From IMG/VR virus record IMGVR_UViG_2899595130_000003: a DNA stretch of 64,000 bases; one strand, given 5' to 3'. Each line of letters starts with the position of its first letter. Position 1 is the stretch's first letter. Under the pieces are notes generated by a model. That model searched no databases. It was not told where the DNA came from and was given only the letters and a program-made list of their open reading frames with translations. Below, in pieces: positions 19,914 through 29,462 of the stretch. A program made the position numbers and the translations under genes. This DNA comes from a virus (lineage: Duplodnaviria; Caudoviricetes).

Positions 19914-20375
19914 TTATTCGCTTGCACCAAAGGTGACGACTTCGTGCTTTACTTGGTTACCTTCAACTGGTTTCAGTACATCAAAAGTGTATTTCCACTT
20001 CTTACCGTTTTCTGTATCAAAAGTTTCTTCTTCAGACATGGTAGAGCGGTCAATAACAATGCCTTCTACTGTCGGATCCTCAGGCTGCAATTTTACGGCA
20101 TACTCACCGGCAATTACACCGTCAACATCTTCAACTGGCTTTGTGCGACCTTTACCTGCGCGAATTTCAAACTCAAATATATATGTATTAGCAGCGTACT
20201 TAACTGCCTCATTTTCTCCACCTTCAATCTTGGCTTCCCTTTTAGCCCCTTTTGTAGGTGTCAACTTTGTAGAGTTCTCTACCGGAGTAGGAATATCAAT
20301 CCATGTAGTAGGAGCTACACCATTCGCTCCCAACTTACCAATCTTAATAGTGGGCTTTCCCCATGATAGTTCCAT
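19914..20375 (-). CDS. Major tail (tube) protein
   Basis: 153-aa beta-rich protein (MELSWGKPTIKIG...) in the canonical position. Confidence 0.7.
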   Translation of the reverse strand: MELSWGKPTIKIGKLGANGVAPTTWIDIPTPVENSTKLTPTKGAKREAKIEGGENEAVKYAANTYIFEFEIRAGKGRTKPVEDVDGVIAGEYAVKLQPEDPTVEGIVIDRSTMSEEETFDTENGKKWKYTFDVLKPVEGNQVKHEVVTFGASE

Positions 20376-20380
20376 AATCT

Positions 20381-20779
20381 TTATTCATTTACTTGTTTAT
20401 ACAATAACTTATTATTGATGAAGTGTTCGTTTTTACCGTTCACTTCAAGTACCCTTTGTTTATCCAGCGTGAAACGGTAACTTTCTCCACGCCCTACTTC
20501 GAGAAGGTTAGAGGCAATCCTGCACAACTCACGCAATCGGATTGATTTCTCTTCTGCTTGTCCGTCACGAATATCATCGGGAACATAGATATTCACATTC
20601 ACAAATGCTTCCTGCATTTGACCTGCCTCATTATCGAGAATAGAGATAACGATATCCTCCAAATTGGAATCGGCAGGACGTCTTGTTTTCTTCAACTTCC
20701 CAGTAACAGCTTTTTCAAGTGCTGAGCCTTTGATGAACTTGTAAATATCATCCTTGATTTCAATGTCTGACTTCATCAT
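20381..20779 (-). CDS. Tail terminator/completion protein (putative)
   Basis: Size, position and VNVNIYVPD motif. Confidence 0.6.
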   Translation of the reverse strand: MMKSDIEIKDDIYKFIKGSALEKAVTGKLKKTRRPADSNLEDIVISILDNEAGQMQEAFVNVNIYVPDDIRDGQAEEKSIRLRELCRIASNLLEVGRGESYRFTLDKQRVLEVNGKNEHFINNKLLYKQVNE

Positions 20780-21432
20780 GATGCAATCCTCATTATTTGC
20801 GTGTTAAGCTTCATCATCATATTAGGGAGTTCTCGTCTTGCAAACAGTTCAGCAGATGCGAGGACATTCTTGTTATCCATAGCTTCCACAAGTTCGGCAT
20901 AGTTCATGCCTGCAACGACAATAAGCGCATAATCGCTGGCATATCGCTTTGCAAGTTCAGTTGCAAGTTCTTTTCCTTCCTTTATTCCATCACTACCTTG
21001 CTTAACTTGGTTAAACTCTGAATATTTGATGATTTTACCGTTATGAACGATGACATAGCCAATGGAACTGCGCAAGTTACCTGATTGGTCAAACCAACTT
21101 GATTCTTGCGGTCTATCCTTTGCTTCAACCACACACAACTCTCCGAGATAGGAAAGTGCACGTATAGTGAGAATATTAGCGCGTTCAGCCTCAGCTTTGA
21201 TAGCGGAAGTTATTTCGCTCATCGGTGTAGTCATTCTTATACCCATAATTTTCTTCCATTTGAAGCCATGAAGTGTATTGCCACGCCTGCTAAAATAACT
21301 TGAAAGTGAATTTTTGGGAAGTCCAAGAGACCGTTCAGCCAAAGCCATACTTTCATAATCGTTAATCAATTTCCCTTCTTTAGAAAATTGACGCACTTTT
21401 ATTCTTTTAGGATTAGCCTTATTTATACCCAT
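20776..21432 (-). CDS. HK97 gp10-like neck protein with an in-frame N-terminal NUMOD1-like domain (alternative start 21246)
   Basis: DQSGNLRSSIGY and AGMNYAELVE motifs; first 62 aa are 'VRQFSKEGKLINDYESMALAERSLG...HGFKWK'. Confidence 0.7.
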   Translation of the reverse strand: MGINKANPKRIKVRQFSKEGKLINDYESMALAERSLGLPKNSLSSYFSRRGNTLHGFKWKKIMGIRMTTPMSEITSAIKAEAERANILTIRALSYLGELCVVEAKDRPQESSWFDQSGNLRSSIGYVIVHNGKIIKYSEFNQVKQGSDGIKEGKELATELAKRYASDYALIVVAGMNYAELVEAMDNKNVLASAELFARRELPNMMMKLNTQIMRIAS

Positions 21433-21746
21433 AGCTTACAAGATGTTTGATAGCGGTGAAACCCTTTAACTTTATATTCACGCTCAATACCTCCAAGAAG
21501 GAATAGCCTTACTTTATCGTCGATGGAAAACTCCCTGCAATCTGCATCAAGACGGACAATCGCCGAGTACGTTCTGACAACGCCATCCTCAAACTCTCTT
21601 TCCTCTGATTTCCCATTGGGTACATGACGGCATGGAATATCACCTACATAGTGGCTTTCGCCTTCATGGTAATCTCCGTTTTCATCATCGTACCCGGGAG
21701 TGGTTACGAGATATTGAAGTCTGTGGGGTCTGTCATCGAGTATCAT
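21423..21746 (-). CDS. Head closure/adaptor protein (putative)
   Basis: 107 aa, position in the neck module. Confidence 0.55.
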   Translation of the reverse strand: MILDDRPHRLQYLVTTPGYDDENGDYHEGESHYVGDIPCRHVPNGKSEEREFEDGVVRTYSAIVRLDADCREFSIDDKVRLFLLGGIEREYKVKGFHRYQTSCKLWV

Positions 21747-21749
21747 GTG

Positions 21750-22073
21750 CTATCCTCCTATGTAAACAGTAGGTTCGCCAAAACATTTGTCAGATTCTCC
21801 GATAGAGCGGTAGATTGAATTAGCGAGGTTTCTTGCCTCTTCAATCTTTTTATCTGACAAGCTCATAGAAACATCACCTTCTGTATAGTTCTGGGCTTGA
21901 ACAAGGCTTCTCAAACAATCAGCTACAGCACCTTGAAATGAATTACCATTAAATACTTCGGTAGTGCATTCATCGTTGCCATTAAGTCCACGAGCGAGCA
22001 AACGGTTCTCATAGAATCCACTACTTAACTTGTAATGGATTTCATCTTTCAGTGCTTGTAGGATTGTCTTCAT
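21750..22073 (-). CDS. Head-tail connector protein (putative)
   Basis: 107 aa, directly after the major capsid gene. Confidence 0.6.
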   Translation of the reverse strand: MKTILQALKDEIHYKLSSGFYENRLLARGLNGNDECTTEVFNGNSFQGAVADCLRSLVQAQNYTEGDVSMSLSDKKIEEARNLANSIYRSIGESDKCFGEPTVYIGG

Positions 22074-22076
22074 GGC

Positions 22077-23387
22077 TTACACAGTTACCTTATGAGGTTC
22101 AACGGCAGCTTTCAGAGCTTCTTCTTGTTCATCACTCAGCTCATTGACTTTTTCAACCAACTTGGCATCACCGATGTTGCCAGCAACGCGTTCTCCGGTA
22201 AGAGCTTTCAATGAAGCAATAAATTCAGGCTTTTTGTAAGTTTGCCCCCATATAGTGAATTTTACATCAGCAGTATCCGCTTCCTCTGCAGTCGTATCCA
22301 CTGTTTGCGCTTCGGAAATATCAAGAATGTAAATTTGGTCAACATCCTCAATAATCGGAGCTACGAATGCCTGACCAGCAGTAATCTCTCGTAATGGATT
22401 GACAAGCGAATACTTGGAAATCAGCTTGAAAGTATCTACAAGATTATACAATACGTTCTTAACGGGATTGGTTTGCTCGGCAAGGCGACCATAAACCAAA
22501 GTGCCAACAACGTCATTACAGATGAAAACAAGACGATTAGCGTTCCACGGTTTCTTGGGGTTCTTTTTCCCGTTTTCCTCGATAATAACAGAACGGTCAA
22601 TGACCTTAAAGGTAATTCCATTGTTATCATCGGCAAACGCTTCGTTAAACTTAGCACCAGAAGGAACAGGAAGAACGGTATCCTTAGTGAATGCTTGTCC
22701 ATTATAGTTAGCTACAAGTTCTTTAGCTCCCTGAGTTTGGCGCAGTTTGTCATAGGTAGATTTCGCTATACAGATTTCAGTAATGGTATTTCCATCAGCA
22801 TCCGCTTTTTCGATAACTCGTTTGATGTCGGGTAGAGAAACTTCATCTTTTACCGTTGCGCCAAAGGTATTCTCCTTAAAGTAGTTGAATTTAAGACGCA
22901 TCAGCGCATTCGGATTATCTTCATCCTTGATAGCTACATATCCATTAGAAAGAGCAAACAAGAAATTGTACTCGTTTCTTTCGTCGATACCAACAGAACA
23001 TGCGACAGCATCATTGGCGAGCTTTCCGGCAATTGTTTTTGCATTACCACCCTGCGCTTCCATTACATTGATATTATTAATGTCTGATTCCTTAAGGATC
23101 TTAGACATACCAATCTTTGGAAGTTTACCGTTAGCAGATGCAATGCTATCACGTGTCTTGATAGGCAATTCGGAATCAACCGCTACAAAGTCAGCGGCTA
23201 CATACGTCGTGTTTACACTTGTGCTTTCCCATTTGTTATCCGGAGAATACTCTTGGCGCAACATAGCTCCCTCTCCTTTGTGGAGATAGGTGAGCTTCTT
23301 GTTTCTCTTACCGTTAACCTTCTCAATCAGCCGTTGCAGCTTCGGGAAAAACTTTGCAACATATTTCTGGAATAATGATTCATTCAT
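22077..23387 (-). CDS. Major capsid protein
   Basis: 436 aa, follows the scaffold and decoration genes; resembles Bacteroides prophage capsid-E-like proteins. Confidence 0.8.
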   Translation of the reverse strand: MNESLFQKYVAKFFPKLQRLIEKVNGKRNKKLTYLHKGEGAMLRQEYSPDNKWESTSVNTTYVAADFVAVDSELPIKTRDSIASANGKLPKIGMSKILKESDINNINVMEAQGGNAKTIAGKLANDAVACSVGIDERNEYNFLFALSNGYVAIKDEDNPNALMRLKFNYFKENTFGATVKDEVSLPDIKRVIEKADADGNTITEICIAKSTYDKLRQTQGAKELVANYNGQAFTKDTVLPVPSGAKFNEAFADDNNGITFKVIDRSVIIEENGKKNPKKPWNANRLVFICNDVVGTLVYGRLAEQTNPVKNVLYNLVDTFKLISKYSLVNPLREITAGQAFVAPIIEDVDQIYILDISEAQTVDTTAEEADTADVKFTIWGQTYKKPEFIASLKALTGERVAGNIGDAKLVEKVNELSDEQEEALKAAVEPHKVTV

Positions 23388-23404
23388 AAATTAGTCCTCC
23401 TTTC

Positions 23405-23797
23405 TTAGTCGTGTTTGAATACCAAAGTGGGGATGGCTGCTTTCAAAGCAGTTTTCAAAGCGTCGTCAATCGGATAAGGACTTGCAATGTCGTTAACCTC
23501 TCCACTATACATAATGCCTACAAGCGGCTCGCTCTTAGACTTGGTAGATGTTGCTACACCTACATATTCACAATTAGCCGGAAGGCTAACATACTTACCT
23601 TCGCTCACGCCGAGAGGCTTTTCTACCTCTTTATCCTTATCATGGATAATGATATGTCCACAACGAATAAACTCTTCTGTGAAATCAGACACATCGAGCA
23701 CTCTTCCACCTTGATACCCTGCAATATACTTGCGGATAACAATCGGGTCATTACCAAACCCGAAAGATTCAATAGTACCTACATCTACTACACCCAT
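23405..23797 (-). CDS. Head decoration/cement protein (putative)
   Basis: 130 aa between the scaffold and MCP genes. Confidence 0.6.
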   Translation of the reverse strand: MGVVDVGTIESFGFGNDPIVIRKYIAGYQGGRVLDVSDFTEEFIRCGHIIIHDKDKEVEKPLGVSEGKYVSLPANCEYVGVATSTKSKSEPLVGIMYSGEVNDIASPYPIDDALKTALKAAIPTLVFKHD

Positions 23798-23817
23798 TTT
23801 TAATTTGATTTTAATTA

Positions 23818-24525
23818 TTACAAAATATCAGCCATAGCATCAATCTCGTTGTCGCTGAATGGCTCATCTTCTTTCGGCTTACCTCCTCCGGCGGCTGGCG
23901 GTGTTCCCATCGTAGAAAGTCCGGCATCTGCGCGTTCTTGGTTGTAAGACTTTACATCCTCTTCAACCTCGGAAAGGAATTCCTCAAACTCTTCGTCATT
24001 TTCAAAGCTCATTTTTGAGAAACTTTTCAATGTGCGAGTTCCGAATGTTCCGGCATCTTTCAAAACGGCTTGAAGTTTTGCTTTGCGAGAATTGGTTATT
24101 TTTTCACCTTTCAATGTTGTCACCTCATCTTTCAATGCGTTAACTGTATCAAGCATGGATTTTGCCCATTCGGGAGCATCATCATTCTTTCCTTTGTTCT
24201 TTGGATTTTTCTTGTTTGAACCCGGCTGGCGATTTGCAGTGTTCGATGGCCCATCGTCATCGTCGTCATCGGTTTCATCGTCGTCATTCTTTTTGCGATT
24301 TTCTTCGATTACTCGGTTCGCTAAAGACTGTCCAACTTGTAGGTAAGGGAGAACTGCATCAATCTGAGTATCAATTTCTGCATTTACATCCTCATCGGAG
24401 GCATCATCTGCGGAGGTTAGATTGTCGGCAATCCTGGCGGCGACACTCATCAACTCCTTCTTATTGAACCCGAACGCCTTCACTTTCGGTTTCAACTTCA
24501 ACAAAACTTGTTGTTTTCTGTCCAT
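23818..24525 (-). CDS. Capsid scaffolding protein (putative)
   Basis: Acidic low-complexity linker, PEWAK motif, coiled coil; upstream of the decoration and MCP genes. Confidence 0.7.
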   Translation of the reverse strand: MDRKQQVLLKLKPKVKAFGFNKKELMSVAARIADNLTSADDASDEDVNAEIDTQIDAVLPYLQVGQSLANRVIEENRKKNDDDETDDDDDDGPSNTANRQPGSNKKNPKNKGKNDDAPEWAKSMLDTVNALKDEVTTLKGEKITNSRKAKLQAVLKDAGTFGTRTLKSFSKMSFENDEEFEEFLSEVEEDVKSYNQERADAGLSTMGTPPAAGGGKPKEDEPFSDNEIDAMADIL

Positions 24526-24671
24526 TGTACAATGAATTTTTAAGTTATAAAAATAGTCTGCGTAGCAAACGTATGCCAGCAGACTATTCCGTAGAACTTA
24601 AAAAACACTCTTAGAGCAATGAGTTTTTACGACAAGTTCCGTGGCGTACATCTTCATACGCTATCTGAACG

Positions 24672-24707
24672 CAAATATACGCATTTTATTTGAGTTTCAA
24701 ATAAAAT
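24672..24707 (-). promoter_or_regulatory. Late-type promoter with TTATTTG-N5-CAAATAA palindrome (copy 1)
   Basis: -7 element TATATTTG at 24672-24679; palindrome at 24686-24704. Confidence 0.7.
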
Positions 24708-24731
24708 CGAATATTTTTTTCATTATCAGAA

Positions 24732-25169
24732 CTATAATATACCTTCATCGCAAAAAGAGTAATAAGAATCATACGATATGATTATGCTATCAGCGAGTTT
24801 TATATCAAAGAGAGAAAGAGCTTTCTTTAGCTTGTCGGTGATTTGCCTATCTTCTATAGATGGTTTTACATTTCCTGATGGGTGATTATGTATGAAAAAT
24901 ACACCAGCACACAAGCTTTCAACTGCGTACTTGGCTACTATTTTTACATCAACAGATGTTCCAGATACTCCACCTTGAGATATTTTTGCATAACCAATTA
25001 CTTTTCTTGCTCTATTTATGAGTATAATGAATGAACTCTCGTATATGAGTAAATCATCAAAATAGAACTGCTTGGCGTAATAATACACATCATTTGAAGC
25101 CATAATCTTCTTTTGCTCGAACTCGCATTTATTTACAGTTAGTTTATATTCAATTGCTTTCTTTACCAT
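24732..25169 (-). CDS. RadC-like JAB domain protein
   Basis: E...ISQGG....VD...HNHPSGNVKPS.ED...D motifs. Confidence 0.9.
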   Translation of the reverse strand: MVKKAIEYKLTVNKCEFEQKKIMASNDVYYYAKQFYFDDLLIYESSFIILINRARKVIGYAKISQGGVSGTSVDVKIVAKYAVESLCAGVFFIHNHPSGNVKPSIEDRQITDKLKKALSLFDIKLADSIIISYDSYYSFCDEGIL

Positions 25170-25212
25170 TGCTTTATAGTGTTATGCAAGGATTTCGCCA
25201 TGTTGATTATTA

Positions 25213-25431
25213 TTAATAGTTCGTCAAAAGTTCATCTTGATTATCGGCAATTTCAAAATTTGAATTAGGGTTATACTTTTTCAATCTTTCAATGATTTCT
25301 AATGCGCTTCTTTCGGCTCCAGCGAACTCATAAAATGTAGGTTTTGCATATCTTGTTCCATCTTTCTTGATACTGTAAACAAATGCTCCCTTTGGTAAAC
25401 CTTTTGAATTGATGTGTTTTGTTGCTTTCAT
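25213..25431 (-). CDS. Hypothetical protein
   Basis: 72-aa ORF with upstream promoter and AGAGCAATG start context. Confidence 0.65.
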   Translation of the reverse strand: MKATKHINSKGLPKGAFVYSIKKDGTRYAKPTFYEFAGAERSALEIIERLKKYNPNSNFEIADNQDELLTNY

Positions 25432-25609
25432 TGCTCTTATCTTTTGATTGTTAGTATTATTGTTTTTTTAGTATTGTAAAGATATTCATTATTAGCGAGT
25501 TATGCAAATTTAAACACCACATAATCAGCTACTTAAACTTTGTTTAAGTTTGAATTTTGAGCAAAAAAAAGCGACAAAATGCCGCTCAAACGATGTTAGT
25601 AAATGATTT

Positions 25610-26404
25610 TTAATGGGCCTCGATTACCCTATTCAAGAATTTAGTACGGATAGCTTTCTTGATAATCCTTTTTATGTCTTTATCAAGATATGTATATGCC
25701 TTATCAAAGATATTATCAGGTACTCCGTAGAATGCTTCTGCCAATCCTCCAGTGATGCAAGCAATAGTATCGCTATCTCCACCAATGGAAATGGCATTCC
25801 TTATTGCATCTTCAAAATCATTACTTTCAAGAAAACAGATTGTTGCCTGTGGTACGGTTACTTGGCAGGTTTCGTCAAATTTGTTATGTTCGCGAAGAGA
25901 AGACACTGTATGAGATAAGCCATATCCAAATACAGATTCCACCCATTTTTTTACATCATCTTTAGTATATCCAGTGCGCAATAAGAATATTGAAGCCGCA
26001 ACAGCTTGTGCCCCTTTGATACCTTTTGTATGGTTATGGGTAACTTTTGCACTTTTTTCTGCCTCTTCAAGAACTTTCTTCAGTGAATTGTAGTAGAATC
26101 CTATTTGACTAACTCGCATAGCGGAGCCATTGCCATAGCTATTATATGGTTGTGGGTTATCGCTCCTCCACCATCTTTCAAACGATACGCCATAGGAGCC
26201 TTTCGGATTAGGATATTTCCTGCACCACTCTAATAGAGCGTCTTTATAGTCTATCTTCCGGTATATGGCATCGGCAATTGCAACTGTGCAGATGGTATCA
26301 TCTGTAAAACTACAATCTTTAGTAAACAGTTCAAAATCTTTAGTCTTGATATTGTTGAACTCGAAGCGAGAGCCTACAATATCGCCTATTATTGCTCCAA
26401 TCAT
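25610..26404 (-). CDS. ADP-ribosylglycohydrolase (ARH/DraG family)
   Basis: GAIIGDIVGS, FTDDT, SYGNGSAMR, VTHNH, GGDSDTIACITG motifs. Confidence 0.95.
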   Translation of the reverse strand: MIGAIIGDIVGSRFEFNNIKTKDFELFTKDCSFTDDTICTVAIADAIYRKIDYKDALLEWCRKYPNPKGSYGVSFERWWRSDNPQPYNSYGNGSAMRVSQIGFYYNSLKKVLEEAEKSAKVTHNHTKGIKGAQAVAASIFLLRTGYTKDDVKKWVESVFGYGLSHTVSSLREHNKFDETCQVTVPQATICFLESNDFEDAIRNAISIGGDSDTIACITGGLAEAFYGVPDNIFDKAYTYLDKDIKRIIKKAIRTKFLNRVIEAH

Positions 26405-26463
26405 AGTGATATTATTTATGTATAAAGGTAAGGAATTTATTTGATTTGGCGAAATATAGAATC

Positions 26464-27972
26464 TTATATTTCCTTTATGTAGATATATAAATTGCCGAAT
26501 ATCTTCTTATCAACAGCTTTGATTTTCGTAATTTTAAACTTGGATGAGTGATTAAACAATATCTCTTTTTCTTCCTGCATATCGGATATAGATGATATGT
26601 TTACTCCATTCTTTCCATTAATCTCAAAGATGATCTTATATTCTGTCCCCTCGGCAAAATCTTCTGCAACGAGTTTGTCGGCAGACGTTGACATGAATCC
26701 CTTTTCCATGTAATCATCTCCTTTCTTTAAAGACTTCAACTTATCAAACATCGTTCTGTCAGCAGTAATGCCACGATAACTTGTTCCAATATACTTGTCA
26801 GAAAGATTGATGTATTTACTAACACCATCAATAACAGAAAGCGTTTTATTATCAAGTTGCTTTCTTTGACCTCTTAAATATTGGTTAATTCTCGGATAAT
26901 ATGAACTTGTATATTTAGAAATAGCTTCAATGTACCAGCTTTTATCTTCTTTCAGATAAGATGGGTTGTCTTTCAAAAAGTACGGAAGCGTACCTCGTTT
27001 ATTGGCAATGTCAATGCGTTGTTGATTATCCGCTACCCATCTTTTAAAACCATCCGGCACCTCCTTAACCTCATTCACGCTATTGGTGGAAGTTTTACTT
27101 CTTCCATCCCATTGCCAAAACTCTTCCTCTGTTTTGAGGATAGGAATTTTATAGCACAAATCATTAGGATGCCAACCAATCCAAACAAAGCCTTTAGGAT
27201 ATTTACCAGCAAGTATATCACAAACATCATGTGCCGGGTGTTTTCCGCTAAGTTTGATTTCATATCCCACTACAAAATCCATCTGCTTCCATCGCTCATT
27301 TTCTGCAGACTGGTAAGCCATGTTGATTTCGGAACGAGCCAATCGGATAGAACGGTATTCGCAGTCTTTCAGATGTTCGGCATTTCCGAACTTCTCTTTG
27401 TAGTCTTTTTGCAGTAATGGAAAATCAAGCAAGTATTTGGAGATTTGCTTACTCAACGTAATAGCACTGGTTCCTTTGTGAATAGCGCAAGAGATAGCGG
27501 CTTCCAGTTCTTCCTTGTAGATGGTGGATTGTTGCCAAAGTTTGGCTGACACATTGAAGCCTTTATCTTTTCGGTTTTGGAATGCTTTCAGCGCATCGGA
27601 GTTTGTTTGATACAGAACCTTGTATTTTTCTCTATCAATCTTGGCATTATAAGCTTTCAGAACTTTGTCAACCATCAAATCTTGTACCTCGTTGCTATTC
27701 TTCCATTCTTCCGATATACCACGATAAATAACAGCATGAATATCATCAACAAACTGAGATTGAACATCTGATATCTGTTTCTTTGTTTGCGGATAATCCA
27801 ACCACCTAAATGGCTTACCACTGTCTGCTGAGTAATCGGTACGGGAAACAACTTTGGAGGCTTTCAAATTCAGTGTGTCGTATATCTGCTCAACAAGAGC
27901 GACATATCTATTTAGCCGGTTGTTGAGTTCTTGATACTTTTTCTTCTGATTTGGAATCTTAGGTTTAGACAT
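26464..27972 (-). CDS. MuF-like minor head protein with C-terminal R-S-E ADP-ribosyltransferase domain
   Basis: MuF motifs RLARSEINMAY, CD.LAGKYPK.F.W.GWHP; ART motifs YT...Y..IN.YLR, YRG, FMSTS, QEEKEILF. Confidence 0.88.
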   Translation of the reverse strand: MSKPKIPNQKKKYQELNNRLNRYVALVEQIYDTLNLKASKVVSRTDYSADSGKPFRWLDYPQTKKQISDVQSQFVDDIHAVIYRGISEEWKNSNEVQDLMVDKVLKAYNAKIDREKYKVLYQTNSDALKAFQNRKDKGFNVSAKLWQQSTIYKEELEAAISCAIHKGTSAITLSKQISKYLLDFPLLQKDYKEKFGNAEHLKDCEYRSIRLARSEINMAYQSAENERWKQMDFVVGYEIKLSGKHPAHDVCDILAGKYPKGFVWIGWHPNDLCYKIPILKTEEEFWQWDGRSKTSTNSVNEVKEVPDGFKRWVADNQQRIDIANKRGTLPYFLKDNPSYLKEDKSWYIEAISKYTSSYYPRINQYLRGQRKQLDNKTLSVIDGVSKYINLSDKYIGTSYRGITADRTMFDKLKSLKKGDDYMEKGFMSTSADKLVAEDFAEGTEYKIIFEINGKNGVNISSISDMQEEKEILFNHSSKFKITKIKAVDKKIFGNLYIYIKEI

Positions 27973-27982
27973 ATATAGCAGA

Positions 27983-28303
27983 TTATTTCTTTCTGTATTT
28001 ATTTAGCACTTCCGCAAATCGGGCACAAGCTTTTACGGTATCTTCTACCATTTTGGGCTGTTTAGCTTTTAGTTCGGCAATAGCCTTATCTCCATCGACT
28101 TTAGCTTCAGATGATATATTCGTTTTGCTCCATTCTTTATGGCAGTCTTTATTGCAGAAGAAAAAGCAACCACTTATCCCGTACAGGAAAGGCATCTTGG
28201 CGACAAAGCCCAAACTTTGAGCATCCGACACAGCAGCACCATCTGATTTTTCAGTATCAAATAAATGTTTGCCACACGCTGCACATTTAATTTCTCGTTT
28301 CAT
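27983..28303 (-). CDS. Hypothetical protein with CxxC...FC...C zinc-binding motif
   Basis: ORF track. Confidence 0.6.
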   Translation of the reverse strand: MKREIKCAACGKHLFDTEKSDGAAVSDAQSLGFVAKMPFLYGISGCFFFCNKDCHKEWSKTNISSEAKVDGDKAIAELKAKQPKMVEDTVKACARFAEVLNKYRKK

Positions 28304-28470
28304 TTTTTCTCAAACTTATCACACATGCCATGATTCAAAAATTTACTCCATTTACCGAAAGGGCAACGGCACATGAAGGAATCTCCTTTCCAATCTTTTT
28401 CGTGCCAATCGTAACTATGTTTGCAATCTCTACAATGATACTTAGATTGAGGAATAACTTTCTTTGCCAT
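28300..28470 (-). CDS. Small Cys-rich protein (56 aa)
   Basis: Manual translation MAKKVIPQSKYHCRDCKHS...MCRCPF...MCDKFEKK; coupled to both neighbours. Confidence 0.6.
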   Translation of the reverse strand: MAKKVIPQSKYHCRDCKHSYDWHEKDWKGDSFMCRCPFGKWSKFLNHGMCDKFEKK

Positions 28471-28829
28471 TATTCTTCTATTCTATCAGGTGAAGGCATT
28501 TCCAATAGCCGGATAGCCTTAATGGTTTCTTTTCCTTCCAAAATAGCTTTACACAAACGGTGGTAGCCGTCGGCGATTTGCCCTACCTCATCCAGTATAA
28601 TGGGATAGCATAAAGAACAGTCATGTACACGTTTGCATTGGAAGATAAAATCATGAAGCTGACTACACTCAAACGGTTCTGCTGTTAAATCTATATTCCA
28701 CAATGGCATATCAAGCACAGGGTATTCCTTTGCCTTAGCGAAATCGTAGAGTGTTTGGGCGTTCCAAATCTTATCACCTCTACGATATTCACTTTCATTA
28801 AAGCTCATGTCATCTATTGGAACTTTCAT
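28470..28829 (-). CDS. ParB/Srx-like N-terminal domain protein
   Basis: PIILD..GQIADGYHRLCKA motif. Confidence 0.75.
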   Translation of the reverse strand: MKVPIDDMSFNESEYRRGDKIWNAQTLYDFAKAKEYPVLDMPLWNIDLTAEPFECSQLHDFIFQCKRVHDCSLCYPIILDEVGQIADGYHRLCKAILEGKETIKAIRLLEMPSPDRIEE

Positions 28830-28830
28830 G

Positions 28831-29178
28831 CTATTCTTTCTTAATGTAAACTTTGATTTCACCAGTCACATGAAGTTCGTCTCCAACTTTCTCAACGGAA
28901 TACTCAATCAGCCATCTTTGGTTGATAGAGTTAATAATGGATTGACGCACTTCGCTTTTAATTTCTTTGATGAGCATTTCATCAGCTTTGCGGTTAGACC
29001 AGCCTTCATCATGTTTCATTTTCTTACGGTAGTCCTTGATTTCTTTCTTTGTACGACCAAGGCAGATACCTAACTTCTTTGCTTCATAGTTATCTACTCG
29101 TTCAATTCTATTTAATCGTTCCTGTGGATTGATTTTTTCGGCTAATTTGATAAGCCATTTTGATATTTTGTTTCTCAT
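28831..29178 (-). CDS. Hypothetical protein
   Basis: ORF track, operonic spacing. Confidence 0.6.
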   Translation of the reverse strand: MRNKISKWLIKLAEKINPQERLNRIERVDNYEAKKLGICLGRTKKEIKDYRKKMKHDEGWSNRKADEMLIKEIKSEVRQSIINSINQRWLIEYSVEKVGDELHVTGEIKVYIKKE

Positions 29179-29183
29179 GATAA

Positions 29184-29462
29184 TTACCTTTTGAGTTTCT
29201 TGTTGTACGATTTACGAGGAAAAAGTTGGTTGAGTTTCTTTTGCAGCTCATCATCAATGCTTTCCTCCAAATCTAATTTAGCTTGGAGTACGCGAAGTTG
29301 TGAGGATAACTGTAATATTGATTTTGACTGCATAACATTCTCTTTAGATAGCTCAACATTGGCAATAGCCAACTTACTGCATTCTGTTGTAAGTCGGCTA
29401 AGCTCTTTTTTCTTTATGAAAGTGATTCCAAATATTATGCTACCTATTGTACAATTTCCCAA
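29184..29462 (-). CDS. Hypothetical coiled-coil protein
   Basis: ORF track. Confidence 0.5.
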   Translation of the reverse strand: MGNCTIGSIIFGITFIKKKELSRLTTECSKLAIANVELSKENVMQSKSILQLSSQLRVLQAKLDLEESIDDELQKKLNQLFPRKSYNKKLKR

